A DNA stretch of 64,000 nt from an uncultured Desulfobacter sp. (GTDB lineage Bacteria; Desulfobacterota; Desulfobacteria; Desulfobacterales; Desulfobacteraceae), in the NCBI GenBank assembly GCA_963665095.1, contig OY762069.1:3936001-4000000 (forward strand), given 5' to 3'. The notes under the pieces were generated by a model. The model did no database searches and was not told the origin of the DNA. It saw nothing but the letters and a program-made list of their open reading frames with translations. Positions 40,098 through 50,413 of the stretch are shown here, one piece after another (position 1 is the stretch's first letter; each line of letters opens with the position of its first letter). The position numbers were made by a program, and so were the translations under genes.

Positions 40098-42326
40098 CTA
40101 TTTTTCATTGAGTTTAACAGAACCGTCCCACGTGTCTGTTAATTCGTTATAGTCAATATTTTTAATTCGTTCAAGCATCCGGGACGCTGCAAGATCTTCC
40201 GGAAGGATCTCAAGTGCCTGCTTAAACCCTTCAGCCGCCTGTGAAAAGTCCCTGTCCAGATATTGCAAAAAAGCTTTTTCATACACCGCTGCGTACTTGT
40301 CTTTCAGGCCGGAGGCAGTCTCTTCTGCGTACCCGTATACCTCATAAACCCTGACAGCCTCATCTTTTCCCTTCACTTTAACGACATCCACAAGCCTTGT
40401 TTTAAACACCTGTTTTGACAGAAGGTCATAGGTGGCCTGGGAAATCATTAACCGGGTGCCGTATAACTTATTCACGCTTTCCAGGCGAGACCCCAGGTTT
40501 ACCTCGTCTCCCATCACTGTATAATCAAACACCTTGTCAGAACCCATATTGCCCACAACCATTTCGCCTGAATTGATACCGATTCTACAGGTCAGGGGGG
40601 GGCGTTTCTGGCTGGTCCAGGTATCTTTAAGCACCTCAAGTCGTTCATGCATATCAAGCGCGGTCCGCACAGCCTGGTCTGCATGGTTTCCGGAAGGGAT
40701 GGGAATTCCGAACTCGGCCATGATACCGTCACCCTGGTATTTATCAATGATGCCCCCATGTTGGTGAATAATCTTTGTCATCTCTGTAAAATATTCATTA
40801 ATATGGGTCACCAGTTCTTCGGGCCTTTTGTTTTTCGCAATCTCTTCAGCGATATTGGTAAAATTCTCGATATCAGTAAACATGACACTTAAATTCATGC
40901 TGTCCCCCCCAAGCTGAATGGATGCGGGATTATCCAGAATCTGTTTTACCACTTTTTCAGGCACGTATTTAACAAAGGTGGAATGGATAAACGCCCGTTC
41001 TCTGGAGGTCATGACCTCAATGGTAATGACCAGAACCAGAAAAATCAGCAGGGCTGCACCGGAAAGGGTGACCACCGGCATAACGCAAAACTGATGGAAC
41101 TGAAACAAGGTGAGTGCCGGCACCACACAGATGCAGGCAAGGGCAGCCCCAAAAAGGCCGGCAAGGGAACGCAGACAGGCCCCCGCCCCCATTATGAGTG
41201 CAAATCCGATAACAGCGGCTGCAGCATGCCAGGGCGACCATTTAGAGTAAAAGGTGTTGGTCAGCAGTGCATTGAGCATGGAGGCATGGATCACAACCAG
41301 GGGGACCTCTTTTTGCAAAGGCGTTGCCCCGAGATCTGAAATGCCCACAGCCGTATCCGCAACAAAGACAAAATTCCCCTCAAACAATTCAAGAAAATTG
41401 CCGCGCATGGCCGGATCAGAAATATAGGTTAAGAAGTCGGCCAGACAGATATGTGAAAAATCCTTCCCCATGGGCCGTACAAAAGGAATAAAGGCCCGGC
41501 CGCTGTCATCAATGGGAATATTGATATCCTGGCTCAGCTGCCTGGATTTTTCCGCCGGAATGTGGATGTGGTGTCCCCAATGGATGGTGACATCGTCAAA
41601 GTCAATACCGGCCCATCCCAGAAAGACTGACAGACTCAGCGATGGCTGGAACCGGGCACCGTGCTTGAGCACCATAAAAACATGCCGGTGAATCGCATCT
41701 GAATCAGCCGGTGCACTGATATCGCCTGAACCATATGCGGCCCTGGCAAAGGGCGGATGCTGGAACACGGTTTTGATGGCGTGGTAAGGCCGGCCCTTTC
41801 CTTTCTGAATTGGCTCGCCAACACTGTTCTCAGGAATATACGGTTTAAGGGCACTGGAGGATTTTTCCAGAGGAAGGGGCCCTGAATCCGACGGGGAGGA
41901 ATCAATGGAAGACCCCACCGGCAGATACACGCACCCTAATTTTTTCAAAGAGGCCTCAAAAGCGGCATCGGACGCCTCTTCAAAGGGCTGGGCAAAGATA
42001 ATATCATAGGCAACCGCCTCGGGTGCCAGGTCTGCCAGTTCATTATTCATGCGGGCAAGATCGGACCGGTTAAGGATACTGCCCCTTGCGTTCTGATAGT
42101 AACGATCGGTAATGGTCAGATAAACCACACCCGGAGAATAAGAGGACTGCGGGCCTTTGTCATGCCGGACGGTAAATTTGTAGATGTAATCTAAAACTTT
42201 GTTGTCATATTCTGTAAATGGTGACGAGGCATTCAACAAAAGAAAAACAAGGATACATAAAACAGCCACCCCCTCACACAGCAGAATCCCCTTAACCTGG
42301 TCTTTATTTCTTAACTTTGAAATCAT
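40098..42326 (-). CDS. CHASE2-domain membrane class III adenylate cyclase
   Basis: N-terminal TM, CHASE2 (AYDIIF, D.DAIHR, TPL..HA), three TMs, FTDIENFT, DKYQGDG, YTVMGDEVNLGSRLES. Confidence 0.92.
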   Translation of the reverse strand: MISKLRNKDQVKGILLCEGVAVLCILVFLLLNASSPFTEYDNKVLDYIYKFTVRHDKGPQSSYSPGVVYLTITDRYYQNARGSILNRSDLARMNNELADLAPEAVAYDIIFAQPFEEASDAAFEASLKKLGCVYLPVGSSIDSSPSDSGPLPLEKSSSALKPYIPENSVGEPIQKGKGRPYHAIKTVFQHPPFARAAYGSGDISAPADSDAIHRHVFMVLKHGARFQPSLSLSVFLGWAGIDFDDVTIHWGHHIHIPAEKSRQLSQDINIPIDDSGRAFIPFVRPMGKDFSHICLADFLTYISDPAMRGNFLELFEGNFVFVADTAVGISDLGATPLQKEVPLVVIHASMLNALLTNTFYSKWSPWHAAAAVIGFALIMGAGACLRSLAGLFGAALACICVVPALTLFQFHQFCVMPVVTLSGAALLIFLVLVITIEVMTSRERAFIHSTFVKYVPEKVVKQILDNPASIQLGGDSMNLSVMFTDIENFTNIAEEIAKNKRPEELVTHINEYFTEMTKIIHQHGGIIDKYQGDGIMAEFGIPIPSGNHADQAVRTALDMHERLEVLKDTWTSQKRPPLTCRIGINSGEMVVGNMGSDKVFDYTVMGDEVNLGSRLESVNKLYGTRLMISQATYDLLSKQVFKTRLVDVVKVKGKDEAVRVYEVYGYAEETASGLKDKYAAVYEKAFLQYLDRDFSQAAEGFKQALEILPEDLAASRMLERIKNIDYNELTDTWDGSVKLNEK

Positions 42327-42918
42327 AGGTCCTGATAATCAGCTTTTTGCCCGAGGAGACAGGCAACTCTTCAATAAAGGAGGCATTGGGAGAATCTGCT
42401 TCCCCTCTCACGTTCCCGGCCAGAGAAAAGGGACCAGCCTGACCGCTATTGTCAAGGACCCTGCTTTTTTCCATCAGTTTTTTCTGAAGCTGTTTCCATT
42501 CCTTCAGGGGATAGCCATTTGATATGCTGTCCAGTTCAGGGAGGGATTCTGAACTGATTATCAGTATAAACGCTGCAGTTTTCTCTGTCTCACCGATTTC
42601 ATAAAACGTGTCGGATGCGGGCAGAATCAGGCTGTCACGCGAAATAGCTGCGCCACTGGAAGGCAGGGCATCCACTTTTTCCCCATCATTATGAAATACG
42701 TAGATAAAAGATTGGTTTTCCGGAAAAAGAAATATTCTGAGACAGGTTCCCGGCACGATGACATTCTTTTTTTTGGCTCTGTATTCTGCGTCACTGGTTT
42801 TGACAAAAATCCCCAGCTTTCCCCTTACAAGATCCTTTTGGCCTGCAGGGGCCAATCCCCCTGCCAGGCAAACCAAAACAAAAACTGAGACAGCAGCGTA
42901 TAAAGATAACTTCTTCAT
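42304..42918 (-). CDS. Exported DUF4384-like beta-sandwich protein
   Basis: Signal peptide; LRIFL...FIYVF..DG..V..LP...ILP...FILIIS..LPEL pattern; overlaps the cyclase start by 23 bp. Confidence 0.6.
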   Translation of the reverse strand: MKKLSLYAAVSVFVLVCLAGGLAPAGQKDLVRGKLGIFVKTSDAEYRAKKKNVIVPGTCLRIFLFPENQSFIYVFHNDGEKVDALPSSGAAISRDSLILPASDTFYEIGETEKTAAFILIISSESLPELDSISNGYPLKEWKQLQKKLMEKSRVLDNSGQAGPFSLAGNVRGEADSPNASFIEELPVSSGKKLIIRTYDFKVKK

Positions 42919-43199
42919 CAGATCTCTCCGCTATATTTTATTGAACAGTCTGTAATCTTAAATCAGATACCTGTTCTGACCTTTTTGCGATCATGATTCC
43001 AGGTCAGAAAAGGATACTCCTCCCACTAATCTCAATAGATATCTTAAAAAAACTGCCCCCGCAAGACCCTTGTCCCGGTTTGATCTGTTTTGCCTGCATT
43101 TTTTTAAAAAGCGCAAAAAGGTCCTAATATTTCACAGCCCTCCAATACATCCCGCCCTTGACAAAACCGTGCATCCTGTCCTAATTAACCTCTAAACAG

Positions 43200-44093
43200 A
43201 TGGATAAGGATATCATGAACCTGGACAGCCAGCTGGCCGGTACCCGGCTTTTACCCTATACCGTTGAAATTCCCCAGCGCCGGACCGTTAATTTTGCTGC
43301 CGGCCTGGCGGATAATAACCCCTGCTATTTTGACGATACCGTAAAGGCTTTAGTGGCTCCGCCCACCTTTCCTGTGTATGTAACCTGGCCTGTCCTGAGC
43401 CGCCTGCAGGATTTTATTCCTGAAAACAAATTCCCCATGGAAGTGCTGCTCACCCAGGTGCATTATACCGAGCATCTTATTCTTCACCGCCTGATCCGGC
43501 CCAATGACATCCTGACCATTAACGCCGACATCGCATCCATTGCACCCCACCGGGCCGGAACCCATGTGATTATCCGCCTGACTGCCCTTGACGGGAATGA
43601 CGACCCTGTTTTCACCGAATACGTCGGCGCCATGCTCAGGGGAGTGACCTGTACCGGAGAGGAAACGCGAGGCGCCCTGCCCCTGGTCCCGGAATTTATT
43701 CCGGAGGCCGGCCCCCAATGGCAGGCAGATCTGCCCATTAATCCCCTGGCCCCATACGTGTACGACGCATGCGCCGACATTGAATTTCCCATACACACCT
43801 CACCAAAGTTTGCCCGGGACGTGGGCCTGCCCGGTATCCTGCTCCAGGGTACAGCCACCTTAGGCTATGCAGTCCGGGAGCTGGTGAACCGCGAAGCTGA
43901 CGAAAATCCAGCATCTGTCAGTGAAATCGCCTGCACCTTCACCGGCATGGTCAGACCCGGAACAAAAATTTGCCTGCACTGCCTGGGTACCCGGAATCAA
44001 CACAACGAGACCCTTGTTTTCTTTGAGGTCCTCAACGACGAAAATAAAAAAGCCATCCGAAACGGATACATGAAAATCAAAAGCATAGCCTGA
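43200..44093 (+). CDS. MaoC-like double hotdog dehydratase
   Basis: FAAGLADNNPCY, D..FPIH...FARDVGLPGILLQG. Confidence 0.8.
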   Translation: MDKDIMNLDSQLAGTRLLPYTVEIPQRRTVNFAAGLADNNPCYFDDTVKALVAPPTFPVYVTWPVLSRLQDFIPENKFPMEVLLTQVHYTEHLILHRLIRPNDILTINADIASIAPHRAGTHVIIRLTALDGNDDPVFTEYVGAMLRGVTCTGEETRGALPLVPEFIPEAGPQWQADLPINPLAPYVYDACADIEFPIHTSPKFARDVGLPGILLQGTATLGYAVRELVNREADENPASVSEIACTFTGMVRPGTKICLHCLGTRNQHNETLVFFEVLNDENKKAIRNGYMKIKSIA

Positions 44094-44384
44094 CACAAAT
44101 CATTATAAAATGAATGAGTTGATACCTTTCCCCATAGGTATCCCATTAAGCAGTTTTCGTAGAAAAATGACTAATGCTAATTCCCTGTTAAATTTTCCGA
44201 CTTTATTTCATACTTTGATTGACATAAAAGAAGATTGTACCCTAAGATGTAATGCGATCTGGACAACTATTGGAATTTTTGGTGTAATATTCACATCATC
44301 TCATTCAACATCTCTTGGTGGCTTTGTATTTCGGTCTCGAGGACTTTTTAACATGTATATTATAATCTTAATGGGAGAGAAAAA

Positions 44385-45470
44385 ATGCGACAATTTAAAA
44401 TTATTGTTCAAAGATTAACAAAAATGTTTTTCAGTGTTCTTTTTGTCCTCCTGGGGATATATACCCCGGTATCGGCAGAGGTTGTCCCAATTTATCTTAA
44501 CATTACAGGCACCTTTGCCTCTGGTACGCCGGTGACCGTCTCCGTCACGGCAACCAGCACGGCCCGGGAGGAGATTTATTACAAATTTTATTATTGCCCA
44601 AACTACGGCACCGCTGAGTACGCAACCTCGCCCTGGGTTGTGATGCAGGAATACTCAACGGAAAGTACCTGTGAGTATACCTTCCCGGGCGATGGAAACT
44701 ATATTGTGGTGGTCAGAACGGTAGCTGACCCAACCAATGAGCCAGAAAATTTTCCCATCATAGGAGGTGTCGTCTCCATTGGAGCAACCACCAATCCCAA
44801 TGTCATTGAGTTATCGACGGACGGTGTAGGACCGGTCGCCCCCGACAGTGAGGTCACCTATACCATTGATGCCTCCTCTTCAGACGATGCAGATCTTTAC
44901 TACAAATGGTTTTACCAGGCGGTTTCCGACACGGATACCGAGGATGAATCGCCTTGGGTGGTGGTACAGGACTACTCCACCAGCAACACTTGTGAATATA
45001 CCTTTCCTGAAGAGGGGAAGTACGTGGTCGTGGTGCGGGCGGTGAGCGATCCTGATAATGAACCGGAAGATTTTCCAATTGTCGGCGGCATTCTTACCTG
45101 CAAAAAAGCAGAATGGGATATCGTTGCCCAGGTTAATATGGACGGCGCCTTTTCGACCATAGCCGATGCAACCATCACTACCAACGGTACCACCTTTTAT
45201 GCATGGATTTCGACTGCAATTATCGCAGGGTGGCCTGAAAACCATATTCTTTCCATTGAAGGAACCGTTGAAGGCAATACCTACACCTTTTCGAATCAAA
45301 TTGCAGAAATTGATGTCCAAGGTACCCAGGAAACACTTACCTTAGCCGGAGAATTCGAGATTATTGATGACTCCCTTACCGGAAGTGTCACTATTGACAT
45401 GCAGCGGGGAGGAAGTTCTTACGTGTATAACGGAACCGCTACCGTTACAGGAACCCGGAACGATCAGTGA
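44385..45470 (+). CDS. Exported protein with two Y_Y_Y-like (triple tyrosine) Ig repeats
   Basis: Signal peptide; two roughly 100-aa repeats YYK.....SPWVV.Q.YST..TCEYTFP..G.Y.VVVR. Confidence 0.75.
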   Translation: MRQFKIIVQRLTKMFFSVLFVLLGIYTPVSAEVVPIYLNITGTFASGTPVTVSVTATSTAREEIYYKFYYCPNYGTAEYATSPWVVMQEYSTESTCEYTFPGDGNYIVVVRTVADPTNEPENFPIIGGVVSIGATTNPNVIELSTDGVGPVAPDSEVTYTIDASSSDDADLYYKWFYQAVSDTDTEDESPWVVVQDYSTSNTCEYTFPEEGKYVVVVRAVSDPDNEPEDFPIVGGILTCKKAEWDIVAQVNMDGAFSTIADATITTNGTTFYAWISTAIIAGWPENHILSIEGTVEGNTYTFSNQIAEIDVQGTQETLTLAGEFEIIDDSLTGSVTIDMQRGGSSYVYNGTATVTGTRNDQ

Positions 45471-45499
45471 CCTTCTTTTGTTCATACAAGTGGAAACGA

Positions 45500-45754
45500 C
45501 TCTTGCGGCTCAGGCAGCCTATTGATTGATCTGGTCTGCATGGTCAATCAGCAATAAAATATGCTGGGGGAATAAAAGAACCGCTCCACCATGGATTAGA
45601 GTGTCAGATATATGGGGTAGCATCATTAAGCCCATTCATCATCGGCCATATCCATGAGCTGACAGGATGGTGGGACATCTGCATGGCCGTTTTGTCTGCA
45701 GCCGGCCTAGTGATGACCCTGTACGGTATGGGCGCAGCTAAACGGGAAGGGTAA
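45500..45754 (+). pseudogene. Degenerate 3' remnant of a CynX-like MFS transporter
   Basis: Reads STMD*SVRYM then, after a frameshift, VASLSPFIIGHIHELTGWW; resembles the CynX SGMAQSVGY.LA..GP...G..HD.TG.W motif. Confidence 0.45.
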
Positions 45755-46883
45755 TCTTAAAAACAGTGCCCTGTTCTCCGGATGTGGTAAATGTTACCTG
45801 CCCCCCAAGGATATTTTCCCCGAACAGTTTCATTGAATAGGTACCAATTCCCCTTCCGGCCTGATTCTTTGTGCTGAAATTACGCTGGAAAATCCTGTTT
45901 ATGATTTTGGGGGATATTTCCCGGTCATTCCATACAGAAAAACAAACAGTATCATCGATATGATCACACCGAATTTCCACCCGGCCGTTTTCATCAGAGG
46001 CTTCAAGGGCATTGACCACCATATTGCTTACAACCCTTAGCAGCAGGGACACATCACTCCTGAAAGACAGCACGGGGACATGATGGGAAAAATCAATGTA
46101 TTTCCCCTTTGCCGCCGGATGGCTTCTGAAAAGAGACTGCAGCTCTTCAAGTACCTGGCCCGGTGTACAGCTTTCCCAGACTGTCTGGTAGGCCCCGGAA
46201 TCATCCTGAAACAGACACTGCTGGATGACGATCTCCTTATGCAGACGCATGGCAATCTTCAGCACATTCTGGGTAGATGTGGTCCGGCACTCATATACAG
46301 CCAGTTCCCCGGCACCGACCAGCATCTGCAACAGGTTGTTCACATCATGGAAAAAAGTTCTTTCCAGGGCAGCCCGCTGCTGCTGACGTGTGATATCCTG
46401 AAGAAAGAGCAGAAGCAGTTTTTTCCCGTCAATACATAACGGATGGGATTTGACCATCAGAACCATGTCCACATCCTTCTGGTTCCGCCGGGCTGTCAGC
46501 GCACAGGTTTTTTCAACAGGTCTGTCCTGCCCCAGGCTTGATACCATGGCAACGGCAGCCCCGCAGCTTGCGCAGAATTTTGTCGTACCGCATCCGGCCG
46601 GCTCTTTGTGGGCATGGATACATTCCAGAGCTTCTCCCGGTCGAAGCCCTAAAACCCCGGCCGGGTCATCAATGCCGATCATCTTCAGAAAGGATTCATT
46701 AAACGCAATAATCTGCCGGTGCTCGTTGAGGACTGCCAGAAGCCCGCTGATGGAATGAAGCAGCCCGGACATAACAGGATTATTGCTGATAAAGTCAATT
46801 TCACAGGAAAGCGTTTTATCATCAGCTCGTTCAGGGGATGCAAAATAACTGTTCATTTTTAAATCCGGGTCGTAATTCTTCAC
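45738..46883 (-). CDS. Orphan cytoplasmic sensor histidine kinase with Cys-rich PAS-like domain
   Basis: FFHDVNN, NMVVNALEA, FSTK, GIGTY; CIH...GCGTTKFCASC. Confidence 0.88.
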   Translation of the reverse strand: MKNYDPDLKMNSYFASPERADDKTLSCEIDFISNNPVMSGLLHSISGLLAVLNEHRQIIAFNESFLKMIGIDDPAGVLGLRPGEALECIHAHKEPAGCGTTKFCASCGAAVAMVSSLGQDRPVEKTCALTARRNQKDVDMVLMVKSHPLCIDGKKLLLLFLQDITRQQQRAALERTFFHDVNNLLQMLVGAGELAVYECRTTSTQNVLKIAMRLHKEIVIQQCLFQDDSGAYQTVWESCTPGQVLEELQSLFRSHPAAKGKYIDFSHHVPVLSFRSDVSLLLRVVSNMVVNALEASDENGRVEIRCDHIDDTVCFSVWNDREISPKIINRIFQRNFSTKNQAGRGIGTYSMKLFGENILGGQVTFTTSGEQGTVFKITLPV

Positions 46884-47119
46884 ATTGATATATACGGATT
46901 TTGAATATCTTTATATTCGATGCATAACTCTACTATACAATCGGGGATAGATCAATGGCCACCCATGGAGTTTCAGAAGTCAGGCCTGATATTTTTTTAA
47001 AGGCCGGGAGAAACCAGGGTATGATAAGGGGTTTTATCTACGGATAAAATCAACATGACTTTGCCGGTGCTGCCTGATAAATTGATCAGAATTGATGTTT
47101 TTCAAAAAAGGGAAACACC

Positions 47120-47678
47120 ATGAAAAAACTTATTATTTTGATTATTCTAATTTTATTTGCCGGATATTCCGCAGCCAAGGAGATCCAGGTCGGTGCCATA
47201 ACGCCTCTTACAGGGGAACTTGCTGTTTATGGGGAAGGATTTCAGCAGGCCATGCTCCTGGCAGTCGATGAAATCAACTCGGCCGGCGGTATCAACGGCA
47301 CCCCCCCTTAAAATCGTATTTGAGGACAACGGCACCACTTCCGACGGGTCGGCCTGTGAAGGCGTAATCGGGACCTATCCTACAGTTCATAAGGATACAC
47401 CCCAGTTTCAGGCATTTAAAACCGCATGGGAAACAAGGCATTCCGGGAAGGAAATCCCGCTATTTGGGGAGTATTACTAGGATGTGGTAAAACTGGAGGC
47501 ACTGCCCCTGAAATCTGCTGCGTCCCTGGAAGCCGACGATATCAGGGAAGCGTTAATCCGGGTAAGCAAGGGTTTTGTGGGCGCAACGGGAGACAACTCC
47601 TTTGATGAAAATGGGGAGGTAGGAGCCACCTATGGCCGGTGGACCATCAAGGACGGAAAAATCACTGACTACGAATAA
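47120..47678 (+). pseudogene. LivK-like ABC substrate-binding protein pseudogene
   Basis: Signal peptide and ITPLTG...EINSAGGING; frameshift at a C7 run near 47300, large internal deletion, in-frame TAG at 47478, C-terminal FVGATG..SFDENG. Confidence 0.8.
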
Positions 47679-47914
47679 CCGTCACAGCGCTGGTATCAGT
47701 CTTGAACAAAACAAAATTTTGACTAAGATGTACCAAAGGCGCCCCCTATATGTCAGGGTTCCGGATCAGAGAAACCATCATGGCCAAAGGGCCTGATGTT
47801 TTGATTCAAAGTGTGGACGACAGCCTGCTGCCGGTCATTTTCAAGACCACGAAGCTGTCCCGGTTGGCCCTTTACTTTTGGTAAATGGAGAGGCTTCTAC
47901 CTTGTTTTATTAGA

Positions 47915-49459
47915 TTAAAATTTTGTGGGCCAATTGGCCAGCCGGTGCTTGCCGATGCCTTTGCTTTCTGATTCACGTATGATTTTCAGCACATTTATCA
48001 GATAGGCCCGTGTCTGCCTGGGGTCTATGATGTCATGCAGATAGTAGGATTGCGCAGCCGGATAGGGGGATGAATCTCCAACCATCTGAGAAACCATTTT
48101 TTTTCTTTCCTCTGCAGGCAAGCCGCCAAAAACGACATCCGCAGCAATATTGGGTTCCATAAACCCTATTTCAGCGGTGGGCCAGGCAACAAAATAATCA
48201 GGTCCGGCACCGGGACCGCACATATTAATAGCCGCCTGACCGTATGATTTTCGTATAACAATGGATATCTTTGGTACCGTAACCTGGAATAATGCCTGAA
48301 GATTATTGGAAACTTTGGCTCCCACCCGTTTTCGTTCCGCTTCCTTTCCCACCATATGCCCCGGTGTATCATGCAAAAAAATCAGCGGAATGTTAAAGGA
48401 GTCACACAGGCATAAAAAGCTGGTGTGTTTGTCAAGACCGTCTGTATCCATGGCGCCAACATTGTGAAAGGGGTTGTTGGCGATAAAGCCGACAACTTCG
48501 CCGTTGATACGTGCCAGGCAGGTGATAAGCATTTTGCCGAAATTCGGTTTTAATTCAAGATATTCATCACCATCTATGATGCATTCAATGATTCTATGCA
48601 TATCATAGGTTCGGGTTCGTTTTTCAGGAAGTATGTCCAGTATCTTTTCAGCTTTGCCTGGATCCTCCTGGGGAGGTTTTTTCCATGGCGGCAGTTCCTT
48701 ATTACTTGAAGGCATGTAATCCAGACAGGTTTTAATAAGCTCGAAGCACTGCTCTTCATTGTCCGCCGCACGATCAGCCATCCCTGTTATGGTATCATGA
48801 ACCTCCCATCCCCCCATTTCCTCACCACTGTATGTTTGCCCGATTGCCCGGCCAAGGGCTCTGGGACCTGAGATACTCATTGCGCTGCCTTTTACCTGTA
48901 CGACAAAATCCGCCAGACAGGCCTGAAAAATGCCTATTCCATAGCATTCACCCATGGCACCCAGAATAAGGGGCTGCTCACGAAAATGGGTGTATTCGGG
49001 CAGAAGCGTATCAACCCCGCCACCGCCCAGTGAACAGACATTCCTGGCCCCCTGGCAGTCCGGCATTCTCGCACCGCCAGCCTCTGCCAGCCAGATCAGA
49101 GGAACCCGGTTCTTTATGGCCTGCGTTTTAAATTGAAGGAGTTTTTTTAAATTAATTCTGGCATTTGTGGACGCCAGAACCGTAAAATCATGTGCAAGCA
49201 AACCTACAAGCCGGCCATTTATCCGGCCATAGCCGCAGATCAAACTGTCTGCGGGGGTTCTGTCTTCCATTCCGGGCATGTCTGACGTGGCCAATGCACC
49301 AAATTCCATAAACGAACCTAAGTCCAGTAAGTTGTCAATTCGTTCACGGGCAGTCAATCTGCCGGCATTGTGCTGCCTTTTGACTTTCTCCGGTCCCCCT
49401 TGTTTCAGTGAATTTTCCTTTTTCTGATAGAGCTCTTCAATCATCTTCTCGAATGCCAT
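47915..49459 (-). CDS. Acyl-CoA carboxylase carboxyltransferase subunit
   Basis: GRLTARERI, DFTV, GGARM, DTPG, IIDPRQTR. Confidence 0.9.
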   Translation of the reverse strand: MAFEKMIEELYQKKENSLKQGGPEKVKRQHNAGRLTARERIDNLLDLGSFMEFGALATSDMPGMEDRTPADSLICGYGRINGRLVGLLAHDFTVLASTNARINLKKLLQFKTQAIKNRVPLIWLAEAGGARMPDCQGARNVCSLGGGGVDTLLPEYTHFREQPLILGAMGECYGIGIFQACLADFVVQVKGSAMSISGPRALGRAIGQTYSGEEMGGWEVHDTITGMADRAADNEEQCFELIKTCLDYMPSSNKELPPWKKPPQEDPGKAEKILDILPEKRTRTYDMHRIIECIIDGDEYLELKPNFGKMLITCLARINGEVVGFIANNPFHNVGAMDTDGLDKHTSFLCLCDSFNIPLIFLHDTPGHMVGKEAERKRVGAKVSNNLQALFQVTVPKISIVIRKSYGQAAINMCGPGAGPDYFVAWPTAEIGFMEPNIAADVVFGGLPAEERKKMVSQMVGDSSPYPAAQSYYLHDIIDPRQTRAYLINVLKIIRESESKGIGKHRLANWPTKF

Positions 49460-49533
49460 ATTGTATTCTCCTTTTGTAAGATTTAGATGCGAAAGCCGTT
49501 TTCATGGCCGTGCAGCACGAATGGATTGCCTGT

Positions 49534-50157
49534 TCAAATGCTTATGGTTTTCCAGAATACGGGGAAAAAATGATCAATGGAGTCCACGAGATCTCTGTTC
49601 ATCCCGTGAAAGTACCAGACCTGAACTGTGCGGCCCAGATGCATGAAAAACTGACTCATCATCTGCATTTCAGACAATTGAGGATCAAGTTCACCACGTT
49701 CCTGCCCCAACGCAATGATCTGATGCAGGATTTCATGGCCGGGCGGATTCATCCAGACCTCGTTTTCCATACAGGTCTTTAATGGTAATGTTATAAAGTA
49801 GATAATTGCCAGTCCCGGATGACGGTCATAATAATCCAAAACCACCCAGAAGGCCTTGCGGCATTTCTCCCTTGTGGATTCCAGTCCTTTGATGTGAATA
49901 TTCAGCTGCTTAAAAATTTTTATGATATGGTATTCCAGGGTTCTGACAACCAGATTCTCCTTGGATGAAAAGTATTTATATATTGTGGCCGTACTGATTC
50001 CGGAAAGATCGGCAAGTTCCTTGATCTTTACCTGGTGAAAATCTTTTTCCGAAAATAATTTCAGGATAACCGGGTTCAGTGCTGTTGATATTTTTTCAGG
50101 TATATCTGGCCGGCTTTGCGCAAGCCTTTCTCCTAATTCTTTGGAAGGGGCGTTCAT
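49534..50157 (-). CDS. TetR/AcrR family regulator
   Basis: LADLSGISTATIYKYFSSKENL. Confidence 0.9.
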   Translation of the reverse strand: MNAPSKELGERLAQSRPDIPEKISTALNPVILKLFSEKDFHQVKIKELADLSGISTATIYKYFSSKENLVVRTLEYHIIKIFKQLNIHIKGLESTREKCRKAFWVVLDYYDRHPGLAIIYFITLPLKTCMENEVWMNPPGHEILHQIIALGQERGELDPQLSEMQMMSQFFMHLGRTVQVWYFHGMNRDLVDSIDHFFPVFWKTISI

Positions 50158-50413
50158 AGGGTGTCTCTGCCTTAACCTTATCTGTTTTGTAAATCATTAA
50201 ACTGTAAATTTCAATAAGTGGACCATAGCCGTTAAAACTGATTAATCATAAAATAAAAACCAATTTATAGCAATCTTATTAAAATAGAATTTTATTATTA
50301 TATGATTATTGAAAAGTGATTATAAATAGAGTATAAATCTAAAATTATATTTTAGAAAAATGATATAAATAAAAATTATTTTTTATCCATAATATATAAT
50401 AGAAAGGGGGCAC

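Noticed and set aside
47299..47310. C7 tract as a phase-variation switch
   Set aside because: Restoring the frame would still leave a deleted, stop-containing protein
47478..47480. In-frame TAG in the LivK-like gene as possible pyrrolysine readthrough
   Set aside because: The gene also has a frameshift and a large deletion, so it is simply a pseudogene
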